In this document: positions 49,191 to 57,763 of the stretch, one piece after another | Position numbering within the stretch: position 1 is the first letter of the stretch | How the letters are laid out: each line of letters starts with the position of its first letter | DNA from: a virus | Lineage: Duplodnaviria > Caudoviricetes | Strand: one strand, 5' to 3' | DNA length: 64,000 nt | Virus record (IMG/VR): IMGVR_UViG_3300034375_009028 | Notes under the pieces: model-generated | The model's database searches: none | What the model was told of the DNA's origin: nothing | The model's input: the letters and a program-made list of their open reading frames with translations, nothing else | Position numbers and translations under genes: made by a program

Positions 49191-49364
49191 TCACCAATTC
49201 GTAGCGTCTAGTTCTTCAACATATGCACTCACGGTCTCATCACCCTCCAGTTGGAACACGTCATCATAATTGATTTGATGAGCATCAAAATCGTCACGAA
49301 CTTCGAATTCTAAAGTAACACGAACTTTGCGCTTTTGTGCTGCGTGGTAAACTGAAGATGCCAT
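49191..49364 (-). CDS. 57-aa hypothetical (MASSVYHAAQKRKVRVTLEFEV...)
   Basis: Manual translation; TTGACG-17-TATAAT promoter at 49389-49417. Confidence 0.75.
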   Translation of the reverse strand: MASSVYHAAQKRKVRVTLEFEVRDDFDAHQINYDDVFQLEGDETVSAYVEELDATNW

Positions 49365-49494
49365 GAGAACCTTTGTGCGAACAGTGATATTATACTATGA
49401 GATTTAATATCCGTCAACGCATGAACGTGACAATCACGATGATATTTAGAATGTTATAATGATCTTATGATTGATATTATGATGATTCGCACAC

Positions 49495-49578
49495 ATCTCG
49501 TCGAGATTTATATGATTGATATATGATTGATGACGCACATCTCGTCGAGATTGTCAAGTGCGCGTCTCGTCGAGATTT
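49495..49578. repeat. Three (A/T)TCTCGTCGAGAT palindromes
   Basis: 49495-49507, 49539-49551, 49565-49576; the 21-mer GTGCGCGTCTCGTCGAGATTT also occurs at 47942-47962. Confidence 0.9.
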
Positions 49579-49611
49579 GTGAGACCCCTCATATATTTTT
49601 CTTCGCGGTTC

Positions 49612-49640
49612 TTGTATTTTTTTCGCGGTTGTGCTATAAT
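49612..49640 (+). promoter_or_regulatory. Plus-strand promoter TTGTAT-17-TATAAT with an extended -10 (TG)
   Basis: Direct reading; no plus-strand ORF follows. Confidence 0.7.
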
Positions 49641-49712
49641 ACGCGGTCCAAGATCACAAGGATCTAGAGGATCTAGAAGATTTATAAGAGATTTTAGATC
49701 ATATTTATAACA

Positions 49713-49763
49713 TTATCCACAGTAATTCATACCTTTTCCACAGAATACGCAGAGTTTTCCACA
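49713..49763 (+). promoter_or_regulatory. Three DnaA-box-type 9-mers at a 21-bp period (TTATCCACA, TTTTCCACA, TTTTCCACA)
   Basis: Start at 49713, 49734 and 49755, each followed by G; GATC/AT-rich tract upstream. Confidence 0.7.
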
Positions 49764-49876
49764 GTATGTCAGCAAAAGAACAAACAACACATATACATTT
49801 ATTTTAACATTTATAAGTTAAAAAAGCATTAAAAACAGGTAATTTCAGGTTAAATCTGCATATTATCAAATAGAAT

Positions 49877-50071
49877 TTAAAATCCCTTATTCTTCTTACT
49901 CACTGGTTCAATCACTTCAATATGACTTAACCATTTTGACTCAGTAATAAACCAATGATTCTGAGTATCCTCCCAGTTATCAAAAACAACTTTTTTTCCA
50001 TTCTGATGAATTACCACATAATGATGGCGATCATACGGAAGATGACTTGTTTGCTCAAATACTTTAGTCAT
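49877..50071 (-). CDS. Hypothetical protein
   Basis: 64-aa ORF. Confidence 0.75.
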   Translation of the reverse strand: MTKVFEQTSHLPYDRHHYVVIHQNGKKVVFDNWEDTQNHWFITESKWLSHIEVIEPVSKKNKGF

Positions 50072-50076
50072 AACAA

Positions 50077-51087
50077 TTAAACAGTTACAATGTTTGCCGA
50101 TGCAGTGCCAATCTTCAATGCAGTCTCAGAGAATGCAGAGATTGCTGGTGCAGTAATTGGTTTTAAGATTAAAATCTCTCTACAGTATAATAAGACAAAC
50201 CAATCAAGCATTTGGTATAGCATCTTATACTTCTTTGGTTTCTTTAGAATCTCATCACCATAATATCTTACAAAAATTTCTTTCACCTCGTCTATTATAT
50301 CATGGCGCGTAACTACTCGTCCAGGTAGAACACTCTTCCAATATTTGAGATAATACCTATCTGGTAAATCAGTAGAGACATAAAACACTGTATCATGAGA
50401 GTATTTCTTCATCTCTCGAAGATACACATCATCTGGTATATACTTCCATGTATCAGATACTGACTTCCATGGACAATACTTTATAAAATCTTCCTTTTGA
50501 CTTGGAGTTAAATGATTTAAATCATCCTCTGTCCAGTTGATACCATAATATCTTCTAACATGTACTCCAACATACTTCTTAAATACATTCTCTAAATCAA
50601 CACGAAGACCATCATAATGTAATGTAATTAATGATAATGGATTCTTTCCATAAGGATAATAACCTGTTCCTATTGGCGCACTGTTGATGAACATTAAATC
50701 ACTTAACTCATATGATGCAAATTCACGATTTAATAACCGATTAAACATTCCATTATCAACATGCCTAAAATGACCAATTCCAGTGAGGAACTTCTCTTTA
50801 CTCATAAAATATGTTTTAGGGAATTTTAAAAAATATGTCTCTGGATATTGATCTAAACAATAAACAATCTTATAATTCCATCCAGTAAATCGACCAATTA
50901 AAAATCCATGATGCCAAAAGTGTAAACGACTTCCAAATCCTGTATCTTGTATATCATTCTGATTATGAGATTCTAAATTGCTAAATGGTGAATTTTGACA
51001 ATTATAAAATGAATAATTAGGAATCTTCCATGCTTCTGGCATACCAGAGAATTGATATAACTCCATTAAAAATCGAATCTGTTTCAT
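50077..51087 (-). CDS. GT11/O-fucosyltransferase-like (GT-B) glycosyltransferase
   Basis: GFGSRL, VGVHVRR, FYVSTDLP, LDWFVLLYC. Confidence 0.65.
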   Translation of the reverse strand: MKQIRFLMELYQFSGMPEAWKIPNYSFYNCQNSPFSNLESHNQNDIQDTGFGSRLHFWHHGFLIGRFTGWNYKIVYCLDQYPETYFLKFPKTYFMSKEKFLTGIGHFRHVDNGMFNRLLNREFASYELSDLMFINSAPIGTGYYPYGKNPLSLITLHYDGLRVDLENVFKKYVGVHVRRYYGINWTEDDLNHLTPSQKEDFIKYCPWKSVSDTWKYIPDDVYLREMKKYSHDTVFYVSTDLPDRYYLKYWKSVLPGRVVTRHDIIDEVKEIFVRYYGDEILKKPKKYKMLYQMLDWFVLLYCREILILKPITAPAISAFSETALKIGTASANIVTV

Positions 51088-51128
51088 TCAATCTATAACT
51101 TACTTACTTTTACATTATTTAAGCACAT

Positions 51129-51157
51129 AAAAAAACTTCCCCATTGAAGAGGAAGTT
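51129..51157 (-). terminator. Intrinsic terminator
   Basis: AACTTCC...GGAAGTT followed by a T-run. Confidence 0.7.
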
Positions 51158-51167
51158 AGGATCAATC

Positions 51168-51284
51168 TCATCTAATTTGAATTAAAATGATTGCTGCAAT
51201 CACTAAACATACAACTGCAACATGACTCAATAATCCTAGATGATGTAAAACCAAAAGAATCGCAAGAGTTAAAATTAAATTCAA
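51168..51284 (-). CDS. 38-aa hydrophobic peptide with a TTG start (MNLILTLAILLVLHHLGLLSHVAVVCLVIAAIILIQIR)
   Basis: TTGA overlap with the upstream stop; ends before the terminator. Confidence 0.45.
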   Translation of the reverse strand: MNLILTLAILLVLHHLGLLSHVAVVCLVIAAIILIQIR

Positions 51285-51427
51285 TTGGACATCACCTTTT
51301 CATACAATGAATCAAATGCTTCTGCATCCATGTCATCAGGTGGATCACCCTCAAACATCCTCATTATCAGTTGCTCTAATACAACTAACTCATCCTCAGT
51401 AAAATGAAAGATATACTCATGCGCCAT
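51281..51427 (-). CDS. 48-aa acidic hypothetical (MAHEYIFHF...)
   Basis: Start re-assigned. Confidence 0.6.
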   Translation of the reverse strand: MAHEYIFHFTEDELVVLEQLIMRMFEGDPPDDMDAEAFDSLYEKVMSN

Positions 51428-51614
51428 AGTCAAATCGCTCCTGCCATAATTCAGTAAGTTTTTCACGTACACTCTTGAGCGCACATACTTTGTCTGGATC
51501 TTCTTCACGATAGTCGTAAAGTGCATAGTATGCATCCAACATTTGAACGACTGAAGAGATAAGAATTTCATGTTCTTCACATGTCATCTCAAGATTCATT
51601 TTATCTTCATTCAT
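51417..51614 (-). CDS. Hypothetical (MNEDKMNL...)
   Basis: ATGA coupling. Confidence 0.65.
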   Translation of the reverse strand: MNEDKMNLEMTCEEHEILISSVVQMLDAYYALYDYREEDPDKVCALKSVREKLTELWQERFDYGA

Positions 51615-51877
51615 GCTGCTACCTCCACAACATATGCACTCTCCCATACATTATAAAACATATCCCATGCCCATTCATCAGCAACAAAACTCAATAGATC
51701 ACATTGATCACATACCCAATCATAGGCAGCATCACAATCTGCATTGGTGTCTGCTACAAACTCATACAGTTGTGCAATCGTACTGCGGAACTTTGGATCC
51801 TCTACATTGCTGATGAAGAACTTACCTTCATCCATCATGATGTGCTTACCAGTGATGCTGAATGATTTGGTGTACAT
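51611..51877 (-). CDS. Hypothetical protein, paralog of 48722-48895
   Basis: 88-aa ORF; TATAAT at 51919-51924. Confidence 0.7.
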   Translation of the reverse strand: MYTKSFSITGKHIMMDEGKFFISNVEDPKFRSTIAQLYEFVADTNADCDAAYDWVCDQCDLLSFVADEWAWDMFYNVWESAYVVEVAA

Positions 51878-51919
51878 GGTGTTTTTTGAAGAAGAGAACG
51901 TGTGTCCTGTACAAATGAA

Positions 51920-52141
51920 TTATAGAGTATCGAACAATGCTCGCAACTGCTCCTGTGCCACCTTGCTCGGTGGCATACGGTCGAACTTGCTCAACTGATA
52001 CCCCTCCTTCAATGCTTGCATAATAATGTTGTCATATGAATGAGAATGAAGAGGAATGTGACGATGATTCAAATAATCCTCACAATCCTCTGCAAGTTCC
52101 TCCTTTAACTCATGTGACAGCAAATTTAAATTAATGTTCAT
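51920..52141 (-). CDS. Hypothetical protein
   Basis: ATGA-coupled start. Confidence 0.65.
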   Translation of the reverse strand: MNINLNLLSHELKEELAEDCEDYLNHRHIPLHSHSYDNIIMQALKEGYQLSKFDRMPPSKVAQEQLRALFDTL

Positions 52142-52416
52142 AGTGACAATGATGCCCAACGATCAATGTTACTATTATAATACACATTGATGACATCTGT
52201 CACACATTGGTTACATTCTGAATCACTAAATCCCCATTCACGATGATTCTCATACAAATAATTGTATGCATACTTCTGTGCAATGATGGGATTGTCGTGG
52301 CGATTCAAAATACACAACAAACGTGTATTCACACGATCAATCACTTTGTCAGGAGTGTCAGTGTAACACTCCCACTCACTGCGCTTGATGACCAGTTGCT
52401 TCTCAGATACAATCAT
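52138..52416 (-). CDS. Hypothetical protein
   Basis: 92-aa ORF. Confidence 0.7.
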   Translation of the reverse strand: MIVSEKQLVIKRSEWECYTDTPDKVIDRVNTRLLCILNRHDNPIIAQKYAYNYLYENHREWGFSDSECNQCVTDVINVYYNSNIDRWASLSL

Positions 52417-52419
52417 GAC

Positions 52420-52569
52420 TCAAAACTCCCGAACAATCGAAGGCAGTTCTTCAGTGGGGAACTCACTGTCAATGTCCAGATCATTCCAATCCATAAAGTT
52501 TTCTTCCATCAACTGCTGAAGTTTCCATTCGTTGTAACTGTCAGCACCATCAAACAAAAGAGTTGCCAT
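52420..52569 (-). CDS. 49-aa acidic hypothetical (MATLLFDG...)
   Basis: Start re-assigned downstream of the promoter. Confidence 0.6.
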   Translation of the reverse strand: MATLLFDGADSYNEWKLQQLMEENFMDWNDLDIDSEFPTEELPSIVREF

Positions 52570-52581
52570 GAGAACCTCAAT

Positions 52582-52669
52582 AAAAAAGGTGTGTGGTCTT
52601 CCCACACACCTAATCTACATGCCACTCTCAACCCCATCAACCAGTGCTGTGACACCTGATCAACTGTCC
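52582..52669 (-). promoter_or_regulatory. Overlapping terminator (10-bp stem plus T-run, 52582-52611) and promoter TTGATG-17-TAGATT with a GGACAG-N8-TGTCACA box
   Basis: Direct reading. Confidence 0.7.
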
Positions 52670-53773
52670 TTATTGTACAACCGTAATTGTTCGATCATCT
52701 GGATTCTCAACTGGATAATAATGATCTTGCCCCACAATTACCCCACAACCACTAAGTGTTTGATTAAAACCATTAAGATCTCTAAGAACATTTGGAATAT
52801 CATCCTCTGGATGTCCTTGCATCCAGTACATTGGATAAATCACCTTTGTTGGATTTCCTAAAACTGTCGCCCACAAACTGTATGTACTATTACCCATAAT
52901 AATATACTCACACATTGACATTAAACAAAGATCATATGAATAATTATATTGTCCAGTTACAATCTTAGTTCTTGATGGTTCGTCCAAACTATTTAAAATT
53001 TTCTTTAATTCCTCATTCAACTGTTCTTGACTTGGATTTGTAATATCTACTGAATTTAGATTATTAATTGCAGTATCTAGTAAAAATGCATTATAGTTGA
53101 ATCGATATGTTCCATCATAATCAAGTACCCTATCAATACTTTCCATCGTACTATCAAAACCTTGATTGTTTTGATAAATGTCCTTAATAATGGTAAATCT
53201 GGATCTATCATAACTCAAATTATCTAAGATATACTCTGCTCTTTCTTTATTATTTGAAAATACTAGAACAGGTAGATCTTCTGGTAATTGTGCTAGAGCA
53301 TTCTCATAATAATCATAATTACATAAAAACATTCCACTGACAATATCTTCAAAATCACCAGCACGAATGTGCATCGCAATTACTTCACTACCAAATTGAT
53401 TCTTAAATTCTTCACATTTATTCCTAATGTTCTCTTTAAAAACTAACTCACTCTTGATTTGATCAAAAATATCAGAGATATAGTTGTTTGGAGTTGGATA
53501 TACTGATATAGTGTGATCATCAAGAACTCCATTGCAGATTGTATCAAATCCAGCATCATCATCAAATTCAAGATAACTTGTCCGTTCTTCAAAATTAGGA
53601 TCAATGTTTAAAGTCAAATTATCAAATGTATTTCTAAGTGCCTTTAAATCTGAATTCTTAAGAACCCAATCAAATCCCCTCTTTGTTGAGATAGTTCTCA
53701 TCATTACATAAGAGGATATTTGATATCCTAATCCTGTCGCAGAATCGTTAATTTGTTGTTGATAGGTAATCAT
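52670..53773 (-). CDS. Alpha-1,2-fucosyltransferase-like (GT11) protein
   Basis: GLGYQI, IAMHIRAGDF, DLCLMSMCEYIIMGNSTYSLWA. Confidence 0.8.
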   Translation of the reverse strand: MITYQQQINDSATGLGYQISSYVMMRTISTKRGFDWVLKNSDLKALRNTFDNLTLNIDPNFEERTSYLEFDDDAGFDTICNGVLDDHTISVYPTPNNYISDIFDQIKSELVFKENIRNKCEEFKNQFGSEVIAMHIRAGDFEDIVSGMFLCNYDYYENALAQLPEDLPVLVFSNNKERAEYILDNLSYDRSRFTIIKDIYQNNQGFDSTMESIDRVLDYDGTYRFNYNAFLLDTAINNLNSVDITNPSQEQLNEELKKILNSLDEPSRTKIVTGQYNYSYDLCLMSMCEYIIMGNSTYSLWATVLGNPTKVIYPMYWMQGHPEDDIPNVLRDLNGFNQTLSGCGVIVGQDHYYPVENPDDRTITVVQ

Positions 53774-53838
53774 GAATCTTGTGTATAAATGTCTCTGTAA
53801 GGTGTCTAGAATCGCCTGTAATGCCCTTTAAATATTGT

Positions 53839-54051
53839 TTAGTGTAGTTTATCCATCTCTTCTGCAATTTCCAACAATTCCATAGATCCTTTGTAACTTA
53901 TGGAATCACAATCTTCAACTAGTTCCTTAATCAAATATGCCAGAGACTTTGCTCCTATTTGATCTTTTTTATATGAAGTTACTTTAGTTAAACGAGCGGC
54001 ATATACTAAAAACTTTCTTTCTAATTCAATTGCTTTACTCTTTGCTGACAT
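53839..54051 (-). CDS. Hypothetical protein
   Basis: 70-aa ORF. Confidence 0.6.
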   Translation of the reverse strand: MSAKSKAIELERKFLVYAARLTKVTSYKKDQIGAKSLAYLIKELVEDCDSISYKGSMELLEIAEEMDKLH

Positions 54052-54056
54052 GATTT

Positions 54057-55133
54057 CTAATTAATAGTAAAAGAACGATGATCTGGATTATCTACACCTA
54101 TATATGTCTCTTTATCCATTACCTTACCTTCCTCAACTCTTGTTTGATCAAATCCTTCCAGATCTCTAACAATTTTCTTTATATTATTTTGCTTCCAATA
54201 CTTTGGATAAACTACTTTTTTACTGTCTCCAAGTATGGTTGCCCACATGCTATAATAACTATTTGACATTATGTGATAATCACACATTGACATCAAACAC
54301 AAATCAAAAGAATAATTATAGAGGTTGTTCTTTACTTTATCAACATACTTGGGATGCAACTCTCTCACAAGTTCATCAATCTTCATTTTAATAGACTTTT
54401 TATTAATTGCTATGTCATTGGAGGCAAGATTGTCCGATGCCATTTTAATTAATGCAGTTTTATAATTATATTTGCACGTTGGATCAGTATCAATCAATCT
54501 ATCCAATTCTTGTCCAACATCACAATTAATATATTCATTGTCATTGAATATATCAACGATTAGTTCAAATCTACTATCAAATAAAAAATAAGGATCATTT
54601 AAATGTTGATCCTTATCATTTGTAAACAATAGTACTTTTACATCTTTTGGTAGTTCTTCCAATGCATATTCATAATAATCTACATTTGCTTCAAATCTAA
54701 TTGATTTGGCACCCCTTTTGGGAACATGCATCGCAATAAATTGGTTCTCCTCAAACTTATCTAAAAAGTCTTTACACTTTTGATATACCTCATCCCTAAA
54801 CTCTAACTCACTAACAATATCATAAAAGTAATTGTCATCTTTAAAGATATTAGATGTTAGATTTAAAGATAAAATAGAATTGTCATTTAAGAATCGAACC
54901 ACATTATCAAACTTATCAACATGATTTAGTTTTAATTCTTCAAATTCTTTATTACTATCATCAATCTTCACATCAATATTTGAGAATGTATTCTTTAGTG
55001 CTAGTAAGTCACCATTATCAATACAATACTCAAATCCAGTAGTTTTTGATAGAGACTTCATCAATGTGTAGATTGACAACTGATGACCAAGACCAGTTCC
55101 ATATGTATTATATCTTTGCTTGTACTTGATCAT
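54057..55133 (-). CDS. GT11-like protein, paralog of 52670-53773 with a degenerate HxR motif
   Basis: GLGHQL, IAMHVPKRG, DLCLMSMCDYHIMSNSYYSMWA. Confidence 0.75.
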   Translation of the reverse strand: MIKYKQRYNTYGTGLGHQLSIYTLMKSLSKTTGFEYCIDNGDLLALKNTFSNIDVKIDDSNKEFEELKLNHVDKFDNVVRFLNDNSILSLNLTSNIFKDDNYFYDIVSELEFRDEVYQKCKDFLDKFEENQFIAMHVPKRGAKSIRFEANVDYYEYALEELPKDVKVLLFTNDKDQHLNDPYFLFDSRFELIVDIFNDNEYINCDVGQELDRLIDTDPTCKYNYKTALIKMASDNLASNDIAINKKSIKMKIDELVRELHPKYVDKVKNNLYNYSFDLCLMSMCDYHIMSNSYYSMWATILGDSKKVVYPKYWKQNNIKKIVRDLEGFDQTRVEEGKVMDKETYIGVDNPDHRSFTIN

Positions 55134-55368
55134 CGTCGTAAATTGATTTTCTACTTTTTATGTATTTTAATTCATCCCATTGATGTTGATAACATAGAAC
55201 AAGAACTCTGTCATTCTTATGTAGATTACAATCTATAAAGTTTTGTTCGTCTTTTGGTTTTACTAACAATTCAATGGTAATGTATTCACTACATTTAAAA
55301 TAAACCCAACCTTGAACGTATTCATCCCAAATAACGTAATCATTTACTTTGGGGGTATAGTTACTCAT
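55108..55368 (-). CDS. Hypothetical protein
   Basis: 86-aa ORF. Confidence 0.7.
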   Translation of the reverse strand: MSNYTPKVNDYVIWDEYVQGWVYFKCSEYITIELLVKPKDEQNFIDCNLHKNDRVLVLCYQHQWDELKYIKSRKSIYDDDQVQAKI

Positions 55369-55567
55369 ATGATGTTAAATCTTCCATGAACATCCATTCT
55401 ATAGCGTCATAACCATCAATCCTAAACTCATCATGCATAGAATCTGCATCTACAAGTTTACCTTGATCAATTAGACTAACAATGCGATTCATAAAATGTT
55501 CTTCCATTCTCACAATAGAGTCCGCCTGGACTTTATCTTGATCATATCCTCTTGGGTGAGTATTCAT
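55361..55567 (-). CDS. Hypothetical protein
   Basis: 68-aa ORF. Confidence 0.65.
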   Translation of the reverse strand: MNTHPRGYDQDKVQADSIVRMEEHFMNRIVSLIDQGKLVDADSMHDEFRIDGYDAIEWMFMEDLTSYE

Positions 55568-55682
55568 TCAAAAACTCCTGAATTGTTTTCATCTCTTTTA
55601 CAATCTTTTCCAAATCTTTCTGAAGACTTGAGAGTCTATCTTGTTGTGCTTTAATGAATTCGGGGTCATGAATGACAATCAT
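55542..55682 (-). CDS. 46-aa coiled-coil peptide (MIVIHDPEFIKAQQ...)
   Basis: Manual translation; ATGA overlap with the upstream stop. Confidence 0.5.
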   Translation of the reverse strand: MIVIHDPEFIKAQQDRLSSLQKDLEKIVKEMKTIQEFLNEYSPKRI

Positions 55683-55921
55683 GTAGTAAACTCCTCAACA
55701 ACTTCAGAGGTAAGTCCTTCCTCTGCTAGCAAAAATGTAAGAGACTTTTGAATGTTTTCACGAAGATGACCATAAAATTGCTGATTGAATCCTTCATCTT
55801 TTTCTGCAATAAGATCGAAGCACTCTTCATCATTTTCAGCAATCACATTCCAAATTCCACCATATTCAGATTGGGGGAAGGGAATGAAGTGCTCAACAAC
55901 GTAAAGGAATTTGTCTGCCAT
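55679..55921 (-). CDS. Hypothetical protein
   Basis: 80-aa ORF. Confidence 0.7.
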   Translation of the reverse strand: MADKFLYVVEHFIPFPQSEYGGIWNVIAENDEECFDLIAEKDEGFNQQFYGHLRENIQKSLTFLLAEEGLTSEVVEEFTT

Positions 55922-55969
55922 TGTTTCTTGTAATTTACCTCTTAATTTTAGAACAAATTAAACTGAGTG

Positions 55970-56107
55970 TCAAGAATCATGCATGGGATGTTCATTCATA
56001 AGAATTGCCATCATGAACTCATTGTAGTCTGAAACTTCATTGAGATCCTCTTCTTCACAAGATTGGTGCAGAAGAGCAAGACGCTGTTCAAACTCTTGAT
56101 CAGTCAT
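55970..56107 (-). CDS. 45-aa acidic peptide (MTDQEFEQRL...)
   Basis: Start re-assigned downstream of the promoter. Confidence 0.55.
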   Translation of the reverse strand: MTDQEFEQRLALLHQSCEEEDLNEVSDYNEFMMAILMNEHPMHDS

Positions 56108-56132
56108 TAGAATACCTGTTTGGTACATACTC

Positions 56133-56191
56133 ATTATAGGGGTGGTTCCACCCCCATTGGGGTGGTCGTGTGCCAGTTTACAGACCTGTCC
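56133..56191 (-). promoter_or_regulatory. Early promoter: GGACAG-N9-CTGGCACA box, GGGGTGG-aa-CCACCCC palindrome abutting TATAAT
   Basis: Direct reading. Confidence 0.75.
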
Positions 56192-56618
56192 AGACCCTGC
56201 CACTATCGCACATGTAGTGAAGAAGGTATTTTTCTTCATTTCCATGCGCTTCTACCTCATGTGGTGCATCGACACCACCACTGCTACAATCAATCCCTTT
56301 GTACACAAGAGAACCCTTTTTGAGTTTAAGACTACCATCAACCCACTGCTTCACATGAATCAATTCATGCATGAGAGTGGTTGCATACAAACGTTTATCA
56401 AGATTGGATTGAATCTCAATCAAGAAGGTTCTTGGATTCCGTTCATTGCTCATGATGTCACACCAACCATAAACACCCTCTCGCTTCAATCCACGATGGT
56501 GTACTGTGATGTCAATAGTGTGTCGTGGATAAAATGTGGTAGAGAACCAAGTCAGTATATCTTCACAGAGATACTTTGGATACCCATACCCAGTGGTCTC
56601 AAAATAGAGCATGATCAA
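56178..56618 (-). CDS. HExxH zinc metallopeptidase-like protein
   Basis: TLMHELIHVKQW plus downstream EVEA. Confidence 0.7.
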   Translation of the reverse strand: MIMLYFETTGYGYPKYLCEDILTWFSTTFYPRHTIDITVHHRGLKREGVYGWCDIMSNERNPRTFLIEIQSNLDKRLYATTLMHELIHVKQWVDGSLKLKKGSLVYKGIDCSSGGVDAPHEVEAHGNEEKYLLHYMCDSGRVWTGL

Positions 56619-56644
56619 ACTGAGGTTCTATCCCATTGTAGCAT

Positions 56645-57571
56645 CTATCTCAAACCTATGACTTCACATTTTCTAAAGTGATTTGGTCGATTGTTAAGTC
56701 TTACTGATGATTGCCCCCATTGAGAGTCTGAGGACAATATAAATTTATAACAATTGCTTAAAGCAAAAAGATCAAACAGATCCCGAACTACTGTTCTTAA
56801 AGGAGCATTTACTACATTGGTAGTATTATTCAAATCTAAAGAATATTCTTCATTAACCAATTCTTCAAATTCATTAACATAATCACTTATACAATACAAA
56901 TTATCATACCTATTCCTATAATATTGATACAATTCTTCTGGCAAATCAGTACTCATATACACATTTGAATCAACTTTATCCAAGACACTAAAATATTGTT
57001 TATCAGTAATCCAAGGAGGATCTGTTGATATTTTTTCTCTAAGCATGGTGGGTGTATTCCACAATTTATAATATTCAAGTCTTATTTTTGCATTTGGTAA
57101 AGATCTCAATTTTTTATTCCAGTCTTTTTTGGGAACTCTGACACCATGCCATCTCCTCAAATGAAAACCCACAAAATTATTAAATTTGGTAAAAAATGAG
57201 TTTACTTTATCGGATTTAAATTTTATATTCCATAAAGGATCCTTAAATTTTTGTGCAAATTGATCATTAATAGCACACATACCAAAGATTCTCCAATATG
57301 GATAATGTTTTAAATGATTCCCATAATAATGAAGAGGTTTCCATTTTATTTTGGAAATCTCTTCAGCATTCATTACAATTGTATTTGGTAAATGTAAAAA
57401 TTCATATTCCGCCCATTCATAATCAGGTATTACTATGGTAAGAGAATAATCCTGGGCACATATTGATGCCTGTGCCCAGGCAAATAATCTACTACCCAAA
57501 CCTAAATCAAAACTATGGGCAGAACAGTTGCCCTCTGTCAGAATATAACCCACCCTATCCCAAACAATCAA
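56645..57571 (-). CDS. GT11/O-fucosyltransferase-like protein, paralog of 50077-51087
   Basis: GLGSRL, VGFHLRR, VYMSTDLP, DLFALSNC; start probably TTG 57571 (TTGA coupling) rather than ATG 57628. Confidence 0.65.
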   Translation of the reverse strand: MIVWDRVGYILTEGNCSAHSFDLGLGSRLFAWAQASICAQDYSLTIVIPDYEWAEYEFLHLPNTIVMNAEEISKIKWKPLHYYGNHLKHYPYWRIFGMCAINDQFAQKFKDPLWNIKFKSDKVNSFFTKFNNFVGFHLRRWHGVRVPKKDWNKKLRSLPNAKIRLEYYKLWNTPTMLREKISTDPPWITDKQYFSVLDKVDSNVYMSTDLPEELYQYYRNRYDNLYCISDYVNEFEELVNEEYSLDLNNTTNVVNAPLRTVVRDLFDLFALSNCYKFILSSDSQWGQSSVRLNNRPNHFRKCEVIGLR

Positions 57572-57669
57572 TAAACAGCAATATTTATTAATCCATATAC
57601 AACTCGTGTTCCCCAATGCATGAACCAAACGAATGATCCAACAAAGATAAGTTTGTCAATTCTTGTCAT
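57568..57669 (-). CDS. 33-aa membrane peptide (MTRIDKLIFVGSFVWFMHWG...)
   Basis: Manual translation. Confidence 0.55.
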   Translation of the reverse strand: MTRIDKLIFVGSFVWFMHWGTRVVYGLINIAVY

Positions 57670-57763
57670 GTTTTTTGTGCTCATCTAGATGATTGAACCA
57701 AGGAGAAAAAAGTGCTAGCATTGCCCACGCAACACCAGCACTTATGATAATGAAGTACATCAT
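57656..57763 (-). CDS. 35-aa membrane peptide (MMYFIIISAGVAWAMLALFSPW...)
   Basis: Manual translation; ATGA coupling. Confidence 0.55.
   Translation of the reverse strand: MMYFIIISAGVAWAMLALFSPWFNHLDEHKKHDKN

Noticed and set aside
46587-49578. CRISPR-like array from the CTCGTCGAGAT repeats
   Set aside because: Repeats are 11-21 bp, irregularly spaced, and have no cas genes
49764-49800. DnaA-trio repeats next to the DnaA boxes
   Set aside because: No clear trinucleotide periodicity
43250-49870. tRNA or known riboswitch in the intergenic gaps
   Set aside because: No cloverleaf or T-loop (GTTCGA...CCA) arrangement recognised; an Infernal/Rfam search would be needed to exclude other ncRNAs
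52582-52617. Apparent attenuator (promoter immediately followed by a terminator)
   Set aside because: The -10 abuts the stem, so the start site falls inside the 5' arm and the full hairpin cannot form on the new transcript; better read as the terminator of the upstream gene
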